This document shows positions 47,846 to 58,864 of a stretch of 64,000 nucleotides of DNA, piece by piece. The notes under the pieces were generated by a model. That model ran no database searches, was not told the origin of the DNA, and saw only the letters and a program-made list of their open reading frames with translations. Origin of the DNA: Saezia sanguinis (GTDB lineage Bacteria; Pseudomonadota; Gammaproteobacteria; Burkholderiales; Burkholderiaceae_C). A program made the translations under genes and the position numbers. Location: NCBI RefSeq assembly GCF_003991585.1, contig NZ_PQSP01000002.1:388420-452419 (forward strand), given 5' to 3'. Position 1 is the first letter of the stretch. Every line of letters starts with the position of its first letter.

Positions 47846-49183
47846 TTGAATAAGAAGATGCATACACGGGTACTTACCGGTATTACGCCCAGCGGCACAC
47901 CGCACTTGGGGAATTATCTGGGGGCGATTCGCCCAGCCATTCTGGCCAGCAGGCAAAAAGATGTCGACAGTTTTTATTTTCTGGCGGATTTGCATGCATT
48001 GATCAAATGCTGTGGCCAGCCCGATCGCATTCACCGCTCAACACTGGAAATTGCCGCAACCTGGCTGGCTGCGGGGCTGGACCCGGAACATGTGACTTTT
48101 TATCGCCAGTCTGATATTCCTGAAATCCCCCAACTGAACTGGGTGCTGACGTGTGTGACCAGCAAGGGGCTGCTGAACCGAGCACACGCCTACAAAGCGG
48201 CGGTGGATAAAAATAATGAATCCGGGGAAGACCCGGATGCCGGTGTGAGCGCTGGGCTGTACATGTACCCGGTGCTGATGGCGGCCGATATTCTGATGTT
48301 CAAAAGCAATTTTGTGCCGGTCGGGCGTGACCAGATTCAGCATGTGGAAATGGCGCGTGATATTGCCGAGCGTTTTAATTATTACTATGGTGCCGATCTG
48401 CTGGTGCTGCCTGAAGCCCAGATTGACGAACAGGTAGCGACTTTGCCAGGGTTGGATGGGCGCAAGATGAGCAAGAGCTATAACAATACCATTCCGCTGT
48501 TCTCTGCGTCTGATGAAATGCGCCGTTTGATCAACAGCATTGTGACCGATGCCAAAGCACCCGGAGAACCAAAAAGCACGGAAGGCTCGGCGCTGTTTGA
48601 GATTTACCAGGCGTTTGCCACTGAGGCCGAAACCCAGGCCATGCGGCAGGCCTATGCCGATGGCATTGCGTGGGGTGAAGCCAAACGTATATTGTTTGAA
48701 CGTGTGGAGCAGGAAATCGGGCCAATGCGCGCCCGGTATGAGCAGTTGATGGCCAATCCGGCACAGATTGAAGATATTTTGATTGAAGGCAGCAAGCGTG
48801 CCCGCCAGATTGCCACGCCGCTGCTGGCGCAGTTGCGCGAGGCGGTGGGATTGCGGTCACTGCTCAAGCCGACAAAAACAGCCGCAGATGACGCGCAGGA
48901 TGCATTGCCAACGGTGCAGGCAGTTGCGGTTTTTAAACAGTACCGCGAAAACGATGGCCTGTTTTACTTCAAACTGGTGGCCGATAACGGCAAAGGCCAG
49001 TTGCTGCTGCAAAGCAAGGGACTGCCTTCGGGGCGGGATGCCGGCCAGCGGGTGGCACTGTTCAAAAAAGATCCGCAGACAGCATTGGCACAGTTCAAGG
49101 CAGATTTCGAGTACCCCGAAGGGGTGACGCCAGAACAGGTGCTGGCAGCATTACAGCAGATGCAGGCAGCGCAGGACGCCTAG
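47846..49183 (+). CDS. trpS: tryptophan--tRNA ligase with ~110-aa C-terminal DUF1508 (YegP-like) extension
   Basis: Class-I HIGH motif ([14 protein letters not shown]) and KMSKS. The C-terminus [37 protein letters not shown] resembles a DUF1508/YegP repeat. Confidence 0.9.
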   Translation: MNKKMHTRVLTGITPSGTPHLGNYLGAIRPAILASRQKDVDSFYFLADLHALIKCCGQPDRIHRSTLEIAATWLAAGLDPEHVTFYRQSDIPEIPQLNWVLTCVTSKGLLNRAHAYKAAVDKNNESGEDPDAGVSAGLYMYPVLMAADILMFKSNFVPVGRDQIQHVEMARDIAERFNYYYGADLLVLPEAQIDEQVATLPGLDGRKMSKSYNNTIPLFSASDEMRRLINSIVTDAKAPGEPKSTEGSALFEIYQAFATEAETQAMRQAYADGIAWGEAKRILFERVEQEIGPMRARYEQLMANPAQIEDILIEGSKRARQIATPLLAQLREAVGLRSLLKPTKTAADDAQDALPTVQAVAVFKQYRENDGLFYFKLVADNGKGQLLLQSKGLPSGRDAGQRVALFKKDPQTALAQFKADFEYPEGVTPEQVLAALQQMQAAQDA

Positions 49184-49202
49184 CGGCGTAAACGGTTTGC
49201 GG

Positions 49203-50165
49203 TTACGGCTGGCGTTGCTCGCCAGCGTCAGCAGGAGTTTTGGCATCTGCTGTTTCCGGTGCCGCTGAATTCTGCTGCGGTAATGCGGCAGCCAGCTTGT
49301 TTTTGGCCTTTTCCAGCCTGCGCATCTGAATGCTGGCGGCCAGTTCTGCACCATAGAGAAAAATGGATGCGGAAAAATAGACCCACAGCATCAGCAGCAC
49401 CACGGAACTGGCGGCACCATAGACCGATGCGGCAACGGCGCGTGCCAGGTAAAAGCTCATCAGCGCTTTTCCGACATGAAACAGCACTGCCGCAACAAAC
49501 GCCCCCGGCAATATGCAGCGCCGTGGTGGCCGGTGTGCCGGCAGCCACATCATCACAATATAGAAAAAGAATGTGGTGGTGGTGATGGTAAACAACGGAT
49601 CCAAGAAACGAGATACCGGAAAGATACCGGGTGTATGGGCGACCAGCCAGGCGTTGGCGACAGAAAAATAGGTGGAAATAAAGAGCGAGGCCAGGATCAG
49701 GAAACCGATCAGCACCACCATCAGCAGTGTAAAGAGCCTGACCAGAATGATGCGCAGAATCTGGGTCCAGATGGTGGGCGGGTCTTCTTTTTCCTGCGCA
49801 AAGCCCCAGACGGTATTGAGCGCGTAACGCAGCTCCACCAGCACACCGGTGGCGCCAATCAAGAAAATGAATAAAGCAATGAATGAGGCAAAAATGCTCT
49901 GGAAAGGCCGCGATGCCGAAACGATGAGGCTGTTGACCACCTGGGCAATCTGCGGGCCCAGGATGCCCTGCACCTGCTCAACCAGCCGCAGGCGTGCATC
50001 GCCTTCATATACCAGGCCGACAACCGCTACAATAATGACCAGCAAAGGTGCCAGACTGAATACCGTGTAATAAGATAGCGAAGCGGCAAAACGCTGGCAA
50101 TTGTCTTGCGACCATTTGTAACCAGCATTAAAAAACAGGGACCAGAGCGTCTGCAGCCATTTCAT
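49203..50165 (-). CDS. yihY: YihY/BrkB family inner-membrane protein
   Basis: MKWLQTLWSLFFNAGYKWSQDNCQRFAASLSYYTVFSLAPLLVIIVAVVG is the typical YihY N-terminus. The ORF-track start at 50576 adds 137 unrelated codons; ATG at 50165 fits. Confidence 0.8.
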   Translation of the reverse strand: MKWLQTLWSLFFNAGYKWSQDNCQRFAASLSYYTVFSLAPLLVIIVAVVGLVYEGDARLRLVEQVQGILGPQIAQVVNSLIVSASRPFQSIFASFIALFIFLIGATGVLVELRYALNTVWGFAQEKEDPPTIWTQILRIILVRLFTLLMVVLIGFLILASLFISTYFSVANAWLVAHTPGIFPVSRFLDPLFTITTTTFFFYIVMMWLPAHRPPRRCILPGAFVAAVLFHVGKALMSFYLARAVAASVYGAASSVVLLMLWVYFSASIFLYGAELAASIQMRRLEKAKNKLAAALPQQNSAAPETADAKTPADAGEQRQP

Positions 50166-50315
50166 GAGCAAAATAACTTTTGTTCCATACAAGTGAGGAT
50201 TGTAGTTGCGAAAGTGCGATTGTGATATGGAAAAGAGGATTATCCGCATGGATACTGGCACACCCTGGATTTTTTGCGCATGTATCGGATTTGTTGAGAA
50301 AGGATAGGCACAAGC

Positions 50316-51473
50316 ATGGGTACTCCTGTGACGTGTATTGAGGATTTGCGCGTTTTGGCCCACAAACGGGTGCCACGTATGTTTTACGAGTATGTGGATA
50401 CCGGTTCGTATACAGAAAGCACTTACCGTGCGAATGCAGAGGATTTTCAGCCGATCAAGTTCCGCCAGCGTGTCGCGGTGAATATGGCTGACCGCAGCCT
50501 GCGCACGCAGCTCATTGGCGAGGATGTTGCAATGCCGGTGGCGCTGGCGCCTACCGGGTTGGTGGGTATGCAGCATGCCGATGGTGAAATTCTGGTGGCT
50601 CGTGCGGCCGAGAAGTTTGGTGTGCCGTTTACGTTGTCAACGATGAGCATTTGCTCTATTGAAGACGTGGCCGAGCATACCAGCAGGCCGTTCTGGTTTC
50701 AGTTGTATATGATGAAAGACCGCGAATTCATGAAAAGCCTGATCCGGCGCGCCAGAGATGCAGGGTGCTCGGCGCTGGTGCTGACGCTGGACCTGCAATT
50801 GCATGGGCAGCGCCATAAGGATATTAAAAACGGCCTTTCTGCACCCCCCAAGCCGACGCTGCGCAACTGGATCAACCTGGCGACCAAGCCGCGCTGGTGC
50901 TGGAAGATGCTGGGCACCAAGCGCCGCTATATGGGCAATATTGTGGGGCATGTGCAGGGGGTGTCGGATATGACGTCGCTGTCCAGCTGGTCTGCCGAGC
51001 AGTTTGACCCGACGCTGACCTGGGACGATGTGGCCTGGGTGCGTGACCAGTGGGGTGGCAAGCTGATTCTTAAAGGCATTATGGATGCGGAAGATGCGCT
51101 TTTAGCAGCGCAAAGCGGGGCGCAGGCCATGGTGATCTCCAACCACGGTGGCCGCCAGTTGGATAGTGCGCCTTCTACCATCTCGGTACTGCCTGAAATT
51201 GTGCAGGCGGTTGGCGATAAAATAGATGTCTGGGTGGATGGCGGCATGACGACCGGACAGCAGGTGCTCAAGGCGTTGGCTTTGGGTGCCAAAGGCACCA
51301 TGATCAGCCGGGCTTATGTATATGGCCTGGGGGCGATGGGTGAAGCCGGGGTGACCAGGGCACTGGAAATTATCGCGAAAGAGCTGGATGTGACGATGGC
51401 ATTTTGCGGGCATACCGATATCAGAAAAGTCAACGCTGATATTCTGTGGAAACCTTCGTTGCGTGGTGGTTGA
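50316..51473 (+). CDS. lldD: FMN-dependent L-lactate dehydrogenase
   Basis: Alpha-hydroxy-acid oxidase fold (PFTLSTMS, SNHGGRQLD). Its length and ends align with E. coli LldD. Confidence 0.85.
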   Translation: MGTPVTCIEDLRVLAHKRVPRMFYEYVDTGSYTESTYRANAEDFQPIKFRQRVAVNMADRSLRTQLIGEDVAMPVALAPTGLVGMQHADGEILVARAAEKFGVPFTLSTMSICSIEDVAEHTSRPFWFQLYMMKDREFMKSLIRRARDAGCSALVLTLDLQLHGQRHKDIKNGLSAPPKPTLRNWINLATKPRWCWKMLGTKRRYMGNIVGHVQGVSDMTSLSSWSAEQFDPTLTWDDVAWVRDQWGGKLILKGIMDAEDALLAAQSGAQAMVISNHGGRQLDSAPSTISVLPEIVQAVGDKIDVWVDGGMTTGQQVLKALALGAKGTMISRAYVYGLGAMGEAGVTRALEIIAKELDVTMAFCGHTDIRKVNADILWKPSLRGG

Positions 51474-51539
51474 TCCCTTATAGGTGTGTATCGGCGATAA
51501 AGTAAACTTCACTGAATATCAATGGATTAGGCAGGTTCT

Positions 51540-53786
51540 GTGGTGATGACTGTAATCTGGCGCAGGTGTATGCGCCTACTGATCTTAGGCGGGCTGTGGC
51601 TGGCACTGTATGCGGGTGCACAGGCTGCGCTGCCGTGGGATGCTGCGCCACGAAACCAGTCTGTTGTACAGACAGACCATGTGCGGGCCGAGTTGCTGGT
51701 GTATGCCCCGCAGGGGATAGAGCCGGGGGCTACCGTGTGGCTGGGGCTGAAAATGGCACACCAGCCGCAATGGCATACCTACTGGGATAATCCGGGCGAT
51801 ACGGGGCTGCCGACCAGCCTGACGTGGCAATTGCCAGCCGGCGTGACTGCTGGTGATGTGCAGTGGCCAGCGCCCAAGCAGCTTCCTATTCAAGAGGGGC
51901 TGGTGAACTATGGCTATGACGGTACGGTATTGCTGCCGGTACAACTGGCGATAGGGCCTGAATTTCAGGGTTCACAACTGGATATCAGCCTGCGCGCAGA
52001 GTGGCTGGCATGCCGTGTCGAGTGCATCCCGGAGAGCGGGGATTTTCGCCTGGCCGTTCCGGTGCAACAGTCCACCATCTCCGAGATTGGTATTTTCGAG
52101 TCGACCTGGGAAAACATCCCGCAAACGGATGATGCGGTTACCGCGCAGGCACACGTCAGCATGGAGCCCGGTGCAGGCACATTGCAATGGCGTATTCAGG
52201 GGCTGCCTGAATCCATGCAGAGGCGCGATCTGTTGCTGTTCCCGCAGCAAGGTGGGGTAATGGCCAATTCCGGCCCGCTCAGCAGCCATTGGGAAGGGGA
52301 TGTGTGGACGGCTGTTTATCCCCTGCTTGAGCAAAGGCTGGAAAGCCCGGACAGCATGCGTGCGGTGCTGACAGTCGCAGTGGCTGATCAGGAAACGACC
52401 GTCTCGTCAAAGACACCTGCCCTGTGGATTGAAGCGCAGGTGCAAGGTCAGTGGCCGGCCGAATGGCAGCCCAGCGGTATTCCGCCTGCGTTGCAGGCCG
52501 GTATTGATGCAGACCGCGCGGCGGCTCAGGCACAGGCACCTGGCGCAGCCATGGGTACATCGTCATGGCTGGGCGCATTGCTGTTGGCGTTTGCCGGCGG
52601 GTTGTTGCTGAACCTGATGCCATGTGTGTTTCCGGTGCTCTCGATCAAAGCGCTGACGTTTGCCCAATCGGGCGGGCATACACGCGGCATGCACATTGCC
52701 ACCGGGCTGGCTTATGGGCTGGGTGTTGTTATTACCATGTTAATTCTGGCTGGTGTCATGCTGGCATTGCGCGCAACGGGTTCGGGGCTGGGCTGGGGGT
52801 TTCAGTTGCAGTCGCCGGTGTTTGTGGCGCTGCTGGCGGTGCTGTTTACGCTGATCGGCCTGAACCTGCTGGGTGTTTTTCAGGTATTAACGGTATTGCC
52901 GGGCCGCATCAGCGACATCAGAGGCAAGACGCCTTCGGTGGATGCGTTTTTTTCCGGCATTGTGTCGGTGCTGATTGCCACCCCTTGTACCGCGCCATTC
53001 ATGGGGGCGGCGCTGGGGGTTGCCCTGGTGCTGCCGGCATGGCAGGCGCTGAGCATTTTTCTGGCCTTGGGCATTGGTCTGGCTCTGCCGCTGATGCTGC
53101 TGGCCTGTATGCCTGCACTGGCACAGTGGCTGCCTAAACCAGGCGCGTGGATGGAAACCTTCCGCAGGTTCATGGCATTTCCGATGCTGGCCACAGTGCT
53201 GTGGCTGGTGTGGGTGATTGGCCTGCAAACCAGTGTGGACGGTGCTGTCGGGTTGCTGGCTATTTTGCTGGCACTGGCTTTGCTGATGTGGGTGTGGGGC
53301 TGGAGCCAGCAACACCGTGCACAAACGCAGGGCCGTAGCTGGCGCAGAATTGCGGTGGCATTGAGTGTATTGCTGTTGGCGGGGGTGACTTTCTGGGCAG
53401 CTCCCTCCTGGCGTGCGGTGTCTGTCGCTGCGCCAGCAGCAGTCAGTAGCGGTTGGCAGCCCTGGTCGGTTGAGCGGGTGCAGCAATTGCAGGCACAAGG
53501 CCAGCCGGTGTTCATTGACTTCACAGCAGCATGGTGCATGACCTGTCAGGTTAATAAGCGCACAACGTTAACCCAGCCCGATGTGTTGAAGGCGTTTGCC
53601 GATAAGGGTGTGGTTTTGTTGCAGGCGGACTGGACACGCCCCGATCCCGCCATTGCGGCCGAGTTGCAGCGCTTGGGGCGCAGCGGCCTGCCGGTTTATG
53701 TGCTGCTGGTGCCGGGACAGGCGCCGCAGTTGCTGCCGGAAGTGCTGACGCCCGGTATTGTTTACCAGGCGCTGGATACCATTTAA
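51540..53786 (+). CDS. dsbD: thiol:disulfide interchange protein DsbD
   Basis: N-terminal periplasmic domain, a central 8-TM domain with FAGGLLLNLMPCVFPVLSIK, and a C-terminal thioredoxin WCMTCQ. Confidence 0.9.
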   Translation: MVMTVIWRRCMRLLILGGLWLALYAGAQAALPWDAAPRNQSVVQTDHVRAELLVYAPQGIEPGATVWLGLKMAHQPQWHTYWDNPGDTGLPTSLTWQLPAGVTAGDVQWPAPKQLPIQEGLVNYGYDGTVLLPVQLAIGPEFQGSQLDISLRAEWLACRVECIPESGDFRLAVPVQQSTISEIGIFESTWENIPQTDDAVTAQAHVSMEPGAGTLQWRIQGLPESMQRRDLLLFPQQGGVMANSGPLSSHWEGDVWTAVYPLLEQRLESPDSMRAVLTVAVADQETTVSSKTPALWIEAQVQGQWPAEWQPSGIPPALQAGIDADRAAAQAQAPGAAMGTSSWLGALLLAFAGGLLLNLMPCVFPVLSIKALTFAQSGGHTRGMHIATGLAYGLGVVITMLILAGVMLALRATGSGLGWGFQLQSPVFVALLAVLFTLIGLNLLGVFQVLTVLPGRISDIRGKTPSVDAFFSGIVSVLIATPCTAPFMGAALGVALVLPAWQALSIFLALGIGLALPLMLLACMPALAQWLPKPGAWMETFRRFMAFPMLATVLWLVWVIGLQTSVDGAVGLLAILLALALLMWVWGWSQQHRAQTQGRSWRRIAVALSVLLLAGVTFWAAPSWRAVSVAAPAAVSSGWQPWSVERVQQLQAQGQPVFIDFTAAWCMTCQVNKRTTLTQPDVLKAFADKGVVLLQADWTRPDPAIAAELQRLGRSGLPVYVLLVPGQAPQLLPEVLTPGIVYQALDTI

Positions 53787-53798
53787 TCAAAAAATTTT

Positions 53799-54155
53799 TT
53801 GCAGGAGAGCATCATGCCTGTGTGGTTGATCACAGCTTCCATGTTGGTGGTGTCTAATGTGTTCATGACGTTTGCCTGGTACGGGCATTTGAAGAACCTC
53901 AACAGCAAACCCTGGATTTATGCAGCGCTGATCAGCTGGATGATTGCATTAGGCGAGTACCTGATTCAGGTGCCGGCCAACCGCATTGGCTATACGGCGC
54001 TTTCGCTGGGGCAATTGAAGATCATGCAGGAGGTGATCACGCTGCTGGTGTTTGTGCCTTTCAGTGTGTATTTCATGAACCAGCCGTTAAAGCTCGATTA
54101 TCTTTGGGCCGGGCTGTGCATGCTGGGTGCGGTGTATTTTATTTTCAGGAGCTGA
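53799..54155 (+). CDS. small DMT-superfamily (DUF486-type) 4-TM membrane protein
   Basis: LVVSNVFMTFAWYGHLKNL motif. 118 aa with four predicted TM helices. Confidence 0.6.
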   Translation: MQESIMPVWLITASMLVVSNVFMTFAWYGHLKNLNSKPWIYAALISWMIALGEYLIQVPANRIGYTALSLGQLKIMQEVITLLVFVPFSVYFMNQPLKLDYLWAGLCMLGAVYFIFRS

Positions 54156-54165
54156 TCATAATAGA

Positions 54166-54200
54166 AAAGCCGCGTTTTGATTAACTCACCGCGGCTTTTT
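54166..54200. terminator. bidirectional rho-independent terminator between convergent DUF486 gene and lysS
   Basis: aaaaGCCGCGttttgattaactcacCGCGGCttttt. A 6-bp GC stem is flanked by an A-run and a T-run. The 15-nt loop makes it a weak hairpin. Confidence 0.5.
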
Positions 54201-54220
54201 GAAAGGATGCTGGCTGGCGT

Positions 54221-55780
54221 TTACTGTTCTTCAACCTTACGCAACGCCGGGAACAGAATCACATCGCGAATGCTGGGTGAATCGGTCAGCAACATCATCA
54301 GGCGGTCAATGCCGATACCGCAGCCACTGGCGTAGGGCATGCCGTATTCCAGCGAGCGGATAAAGTCGGCATCGTAATACATGGCCTCGTCATCGCCGGA
54401 GTCTTTGGCGTCTACCTGGGCTTTAAAGCGGGCGGACTGATCTTCGGCATCGTTCAGCTCAGAGAAAGCATTGCCGAATTCACGCCCGGTCACATACAGC
54501 TCAAACCGTTCGGTGATCAGCGGGTTGCTGTCCGAGGCGCGTGCCAGTGGTGATATTTCTGTGGGGTGCTCCATGATGAACGTGGGGTTCCACAGCTTTT
54601 CTTCCACGGTTTCTTCAAAGTATTTCACCTGTAGCGATGCCAGGCTTTCGGTGGCCTTGGTTTCAATCTTGCGCCTGGCAAGCTGCTGTTGCAGCCATTC
54701 CACGCTGTCAACATTGTCCGGTGTAACGCCTTCGTTGTATTGCAGGATGGCATTGCGGATGGTCAGGCGTGCAAAAGGCTGGCTGAGGTCAACCGTTTTT
54801 CCCTGATAGGTCAGCACGGCAGAGCCTGTGGTTTCAATGGCGACATGGCGTATCAGCTCTTCGATGAAGTTCATCTGATCCTGGTAATTCCAGTACGCCG
54901 CGTAATACTCCATCATGGTGAATTCAGGGTTATGGCGTACGCTGATGCCTTCATTGCGGAAGTTGCGGTTGATCTCAAACACCCGCTCAAACCCGCCAAC
55001 CAGCAAACGCTTGAGGTAGAGCTCCGGTGCAATGCGCAGGTACATGTCCTGATCGAGCGCATTGTGGTGTGTGACAAAAGGTTTGGCATTGGCACCACCG
55101 GGAATCGGGTGCAGCATGGGGGTTTCCACTTCCAGAAAGTCATGGTTCAGCATGAACTGGCGAATGCTGGCAATGGCTTTGGAGCGGAGCACAAACCGCT
55201 TGCGGGCCTGCTCGTCGGTAATCAGGTCGACATAGCGCTGGCGGTATTTGATCTCCTGGTCGGCAATGCCGTGAAACTTGTCCGGCAGCGGGCGCAGGCT
55301 TTTGGTGATCATGTGCAATTGGTTGACCTTGACCGACAGTTCGCCGGTTTTGGTTTTAAACACCACGCCTTCAGCGCCGATGATATCGCCCAGGTCCCAC
55401 TGCTTGAATTCGGCATAAGCCTCTTCACCAATACCGTCGCGGGTGATGTAAAGCTGAATGCGCCCACCGGTCGGACCGAATGAACCATCCTGAATGGTGG
55501 CAAAGCTCGCTTTGCCCATAACGCGCTTGAGCATCATGCGGCCGGCCACCTTGCACGGGATAGCCTGTTCGTTCAGCGCATCGTGTTCAATATGGTCATA
55601 AGTTTCGTGCAACTGCGCGGCATGGTGAGTTGGTTTAAAATGATTCGGAAAAGCAGGGGCGCCGCCATCTGCCTGAATCTGGCGCAGACGTTTGAGTTTT
55701 TCACGCCGCTCTGCAATCAGTTGGTTTTCTTCTGGTGCAGCTACATCCGTAGCGGGAGACGCGGGTGTTTCGTTTGTCAT
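54221..55780 (-). CDS. lysS: lysine--tRNA ligase
   Basis: Class-II aaRS. It aligns along its length with E. coli LysS (…[19 protein letters not shown]…, …[19 protein letters not shown]…). Start chosen at MTNETP, which has an AAAGG RBS. The ORF track extends to a TTG at 55798. Confidence 0.9.
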   Translation of the reverse strand: MTNETPASPATDVAAPEENQLIAERREKLKRLRQIQADGGAPAFPNHFKPTHHAAQLHETYDHIEHDALNEQAIPCKVAGRMMLKRVMGKASFATIQDGSFGPTGGRIQLYITRDGIGEEAYAEFKQWDLGDIIGAEGVVFKTKTGELSVKVNQLHMITKSLRPLPDKFHGIADQEIKYRQRYVDLITDEQARKRFVLRSKAIASIRQFMLNHDFLEVETPMLHPIPGGANAKPFVTHHNALDQDMYLRIAPELYLKRLLVGGFERVFEINRNFRNEGISVRHNPEFTMMEYYAAYWNYQDQMNFIEELIRHVAIETTGSAVLTYQGKTVDLSQPFARLTIRNAILQYNEGVTPDNVDSVEWLQQQLARRKIETKATESLASLQVKYFEETVEEKLWNPTFIMEHPTEISPLARASDSNPLITERFELYVTGREFGNAFSELNDAEDQSARFKAQVDAKDSGDDEAMYYDADFIRSLEYGMPYASGCGIGIDRLMMLLTDSPSIRDVILFPALRKVEEQ

Positions 55781-56062
55781 GAAATGCCTTTGGTACAAAA
55801 AATCAAATACAAACTACTGATTTTACGGATTTCACCCGCTTCAGGTGCAAGTGGGTTTGAAATACAGGCAATACAGGTGCATTTGATCCTGCACATTTGT
55901 GGGCAGGGAAATGGCCGGATGCACAACAGATAGGCCAGATTTTGAGGGAAATACGTCTTATTTTGTCGAATTTGGCCACATTTGTGGAACATTTCACTGA
56001 CAGCGGGACTCAAAACGCAGTACGATGAAAAGTTATTGAGCGAATTTTTAAAAGGATCACAT

Positions 56063-57535
56063 TTGGAAACCTCTTTTTTCAGTCTGGCATTGGCAGACTC
56101 TTTGCAAAAAGCCATCAAGGAGATGGGCTATACCAGTATGACCCCGATCCAGGCCAAAGCCATACCGATGGTGCTGGACAATCATGATGTGATGGGGGCT
56201 GCACAGACCGGAACAGGAAAAACCGCCGCGTTTTCCCTGCCGCTGTTGCAAAAAATGCTCAAGCATGAGAACAGCAGCATGTCGCCTGCACGCCATCCGG
56301 TGCGGGCAGTGGTGTTGTTGCCAACACGTGAACTGGCTGATCAGGTAGCAGAATCGGTTCGCGCTTATGCCAAGCACACCAAGCTGAAAATCGCCTGTGT
56401 GTTTGGCGGTATGGATATGAAACCGCAGGCCGCGGAGCTCAAAGGCGGGGTGGAAGTGCTGATTGCCACCCCTGGGCGCCTGCTGGACCATATTGAAGCG
56501 CGCAACTGCGTGCTCAACCAGGTGGAATACGTGGTGCTGGATGAGGCCGACCGCATGCTGGACATCGGGTTTCTGCCGGATTTGCAGCGCATTTTGAGCT
56601 ATCTGCCAAAACAGCGGCAGACATTGCTGTTTTCTGCCACGTTTTCTCCGGAAATCAAAAGGCTGGCGCAAAGCTACCTGCATGATCCGCAACTGGTGGA
56701 AGTGGCGCGTCCCAATGCAACGGCAACCAATATTGAGCAACGTGTGATCGAGGTGGCCGACAGCGATAAGCGACGGGCATTGGTCAAGCTGCTGCGTGAT
56801 GAAAATATCACGCAGGCGATTGTTTTTAGCAACAGCAAAATCGGGACTTCGCGGCTGGCACGCGCTTTGGAGCGTGATGGATTTAAAACAGCCGCGCTGC
56901 ATGGTGACAAGTCGCAGGATGAGCGCCTGAAAGCGCTGGAAGCTTTCAAGCAAGGAGAGGTAACACTGCTGGTAGCTACAGACGTGGCGGCGCGTGGGCT
57001 GGACGTGAGCGATTTGCCTGCCGTGTTCAATTATGATCTGCCGTTCCACGCAGAGGATTACGTGCACCGCATTGGCCGTACCGGCCGTGCCGGAGCCAAG
57101 GGGATGGCGGTATCTTTTGTAGAGCCCGGACAGCGTAAACTGCTGGCAGAAATTGAGCGTCTGGTGAAAAAAACGTTTACGCTGGAGCGCATTGAGCTGG
57201 CGGACGAACATGCCAGACCCCACCGTACGCGGGAACGGGCCTCTGATGAGGGTGAGCGCAGAAGCTCACAGCGCAATCGTGGCTACAAGGAACGGTTGGA
57301 GCGGGAGCCATCTGCCGATGCCAGTGAGGTGGGCTATGCCCTGCCACAAGGCAAACGCAGCAGTGACCCGCTGTTTGACCAACCGTACCAGGAACCCGAA
57401 AACACCACTGAGCAGGCGGCATGGGACGTGAGCCTGCCGGCACTGTCTTCGCAGAAAAACTTTTTATCAAGGTATATCAAGCCCAAACGCAAACAGGTTG
57501 CTGCGCTGTTGGGTGGTAACGAAAGCAATAAATAA
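56063..57535 (+). CDS. rhlE: ATP-dependent DEAD-box RNA helicase (RhlE-like) with basic C-terminal tail
   Basis: Q-motif TPIQAKAIP, AQTGTGKTAAF, DEAD, SAT and HRIGRTGRAG. Start chosen as TTG at 56063, preceded by AAAGGA, because the N-terminus then aligns with RhlE (SFFSLALADSLQKAIKEMGY). The ORF track begins at 55982. Confidence 0.75.
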   Translation: METSFFSLALADSLQKAIKEMGYTSMTPIQAKAIPMVLDNHDVMGAAQTGTGKTAAFSLPLLQKMLKHENSSMSPARHPVRAVVLLPTRELADQVAESVRAYAKHTKLKIACVFGGMDMKPQAAELKGGVEVLIATPGRLLDHIEARNCVLNQVEYVVLDEADRMLDIGFLPDLQRILSYLPKQRQTLLFSATFSPEIKRLAQSYLHDPQLVEVARPNATATNIEQRVIEVADSDKRRALVKLLRDENITQAIVFSNSKIGTSRLARALERDGFKTAALHGDKSQDERLKALEAFKQGEVTLLVATDVAARGLDVSDLPAVFNYDLPFHAEDYVHRIGRTGRAGAKGMAVSFVEPGQRKLLAEIERLVKKTFTLERIELADEHARPHRTRERASDEGERRSSQRNRGYKERLEREPSADASEVGYALPQGKRSSDPLFDQPYQEPENTTEQAAWDVSLPALSSQKNFLSRYIKPKRKQVAALLGGNESNK

Positions 57536-57606
57536 CGCTGCTTTGTTAAGACTAAAGCTGCCAGGTGCGTGCTTTGGCTGTTCAACTGCTGATTTCATTT
57601 CTTGAC

Positions 57607-57639
57607 AACATGCCGCATTTTTATGCGGCATGTTTTTTA
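57607..57639 (+). terminator. rho-independent terminator after the DEAD-box helicase gene
   Basis: ACATGCCGCAtttttATGCGGCATGTtttttat is a perfect 11-bp stem followed by a T-run. Confidence 0.75.
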
Positions 57640-57837
57640 TGTGCAATCAATGTGTTGCTTGGAAAAGGCGGCAAATGTTTTGCCCGGTGCATTAGTCTGT
57701 GCCGGATAAAGGATTGAAGCATAACTTTTCCCTGGGGGGTAATTACAAAACCAGTGTCTTTTCCTGGCAGATTGGCTGCCATAGGGAGTGTATGGCTATA
57801 TACTGCATATGCGCGAACATGAACCATCAGGTAAAGG

Positions 57838-58836
57838 ATGCACATGGGAGGTTTTTTTGATAACTTCATTGCAAATATGTATGGCCCCCACTTTTTGGTT
57901 TTTTATCTTTTCTGGATAATCGCCATTTCTGTGCTGACATGGTTTGCCGTCAAAAAACTTTCACAGGTTTACTTTCAACCGGTTTTGCTTTCAGGGAATG
58001 TCAACCCGTATGAAGTGGCGACCTTGCGGGGAATTGACAGCCTGTTAAGTGTGATTGTTTTCAGACTGCTGCATCTGGGTTTCCTGATGCCTGTATCAGA
58101 TCAGCCGCAGGAGCTGGTTAAAAACTTCAATAAGAGTGAACAGCATAAACAGGCACTTTCGGAGTTGGAAAGAAAGTTGCTCAAACACTTTCGCACGCCT
58201 TCGGCGATGACCACTGCGCGCGAGCATGTACAGCCGGCGTTTTTTCATAATCTGCGGCTGCTACAAAATGACAGCCTGATGGTTTCTGCCGGCAATATGT
58301 ACCTGATACGTTTTTTTGCCTGGTTTGGTTTTGCCGCTATTTTAGGCATAGGTTTTTACAAACTGGTTGCAGCGCTGACAACCGGGCATGACAACGTTAT
58401 TTTTCTATGCATCATGATGTTGGTGAGCGGCATCATTTATTACAAAATGGTACTGAGCAGAAAAGGTGGCTTTCTGCACCAGCAGAGGGCGTTACTGACC
58501 AATAAAGGCATCAGCCTGATCAAACACCTGATGCGTACATTGGGGGTGCTCAGAAAAGATAAACAGGCACTTGAGAAGGTGGTGCAGCATAAGGATGAAA
58601 ATACCCTGCTGCTGATGTTTGCGTTGTTTGGTCTTGCTGCCATAGATATTGCCCAGGTGCGTGAGTATTCACCATTGTTTCCTAAAGAGATGTTGTTTCC
58701 TTATGCGATAGGCACATTGTCTGCAGCGAATGCACGTGCAGTCTCAACCGGGGGGTGTGGCGGCGGGGTCGGATGCAGTGGCGGTGGGAGTGGATGCGGC
58801 AGCGGTTGCGGCGGTGGATGTGGTGGCTGTGGCTGA
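57838..58836 (+). CDS. polytopic membrane protein with C-terminal Gly/Cys-rich tail (TIGR04222-like, radical-SAM-partnered)
   Basis: Several TM helices. The extreme C-terminus is GGCGGGVGCSGGGSGCGSGCGGGCGGCG. A radical-SAM/SPASM gene lies immediately downstream. Confidence 0.65.
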   Translation: MHMGGFFDNFIANMYGPHFLVFYLFWIIAISVLTWFAVKKLSQVYFQPVLLSGNVNPYEVATLRGIDSLLSVIVFRLLHLGFLMPVSDQPQELVKNFNKSEQHKQALSELERKLLKHFRTPSAMTTAREHVQPAFFHNLRLLQNDSLMVSAGNMYLIRFFAWFGFAAILGIGFYKLVAALTTGHDNVIFLCIMMLVSGIIYYKMVLSRKGGFLHQQRALLTNKGISLIKHLMRTLGVLRKDKQALEKVVQHKDENTLLLMFALFGLAAIDIAQVREYSPLFPKEMLFPYAIGTLSAANARAVSTGGCGGGVGCSGGGSGCGSGCGGGCGGCG

Positions 58837-58864
58837 TACGCATGCAAATGTTTCTGATGCGGGT

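Noticed and set aside
50166-50576. 137-codon N-terminal extension of the yihY ORF in the track
   Set aside because: The extension (MLHTHQPGRRQRHRH...) is Arg/His-rich junk. The conserved YihY N-terminus begins at the internal ATG (MKWLQTLW) at 50165.
57838-58836. Gly/Cys-rich tail as a sequencing or assembly artefact
   Set aside because: The repeat is imperfect at the nucleotide level and in frame, and a radical-SAM/SPASM gene directly follows it. The tail is therefore treated as genuine.
58730-58864. ORF-track start of the radical-SAM gene overlapping the Gly/Cys-tail gene by ~100 nt
   Set aside because: The overlapping portion translates to an Ala/Val/Asp low-complexity string (the shadow of the Gly/Cys codons). 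The downstream ATG (MRYRPQRL) immediately precedes the CxxxCxxC motif.
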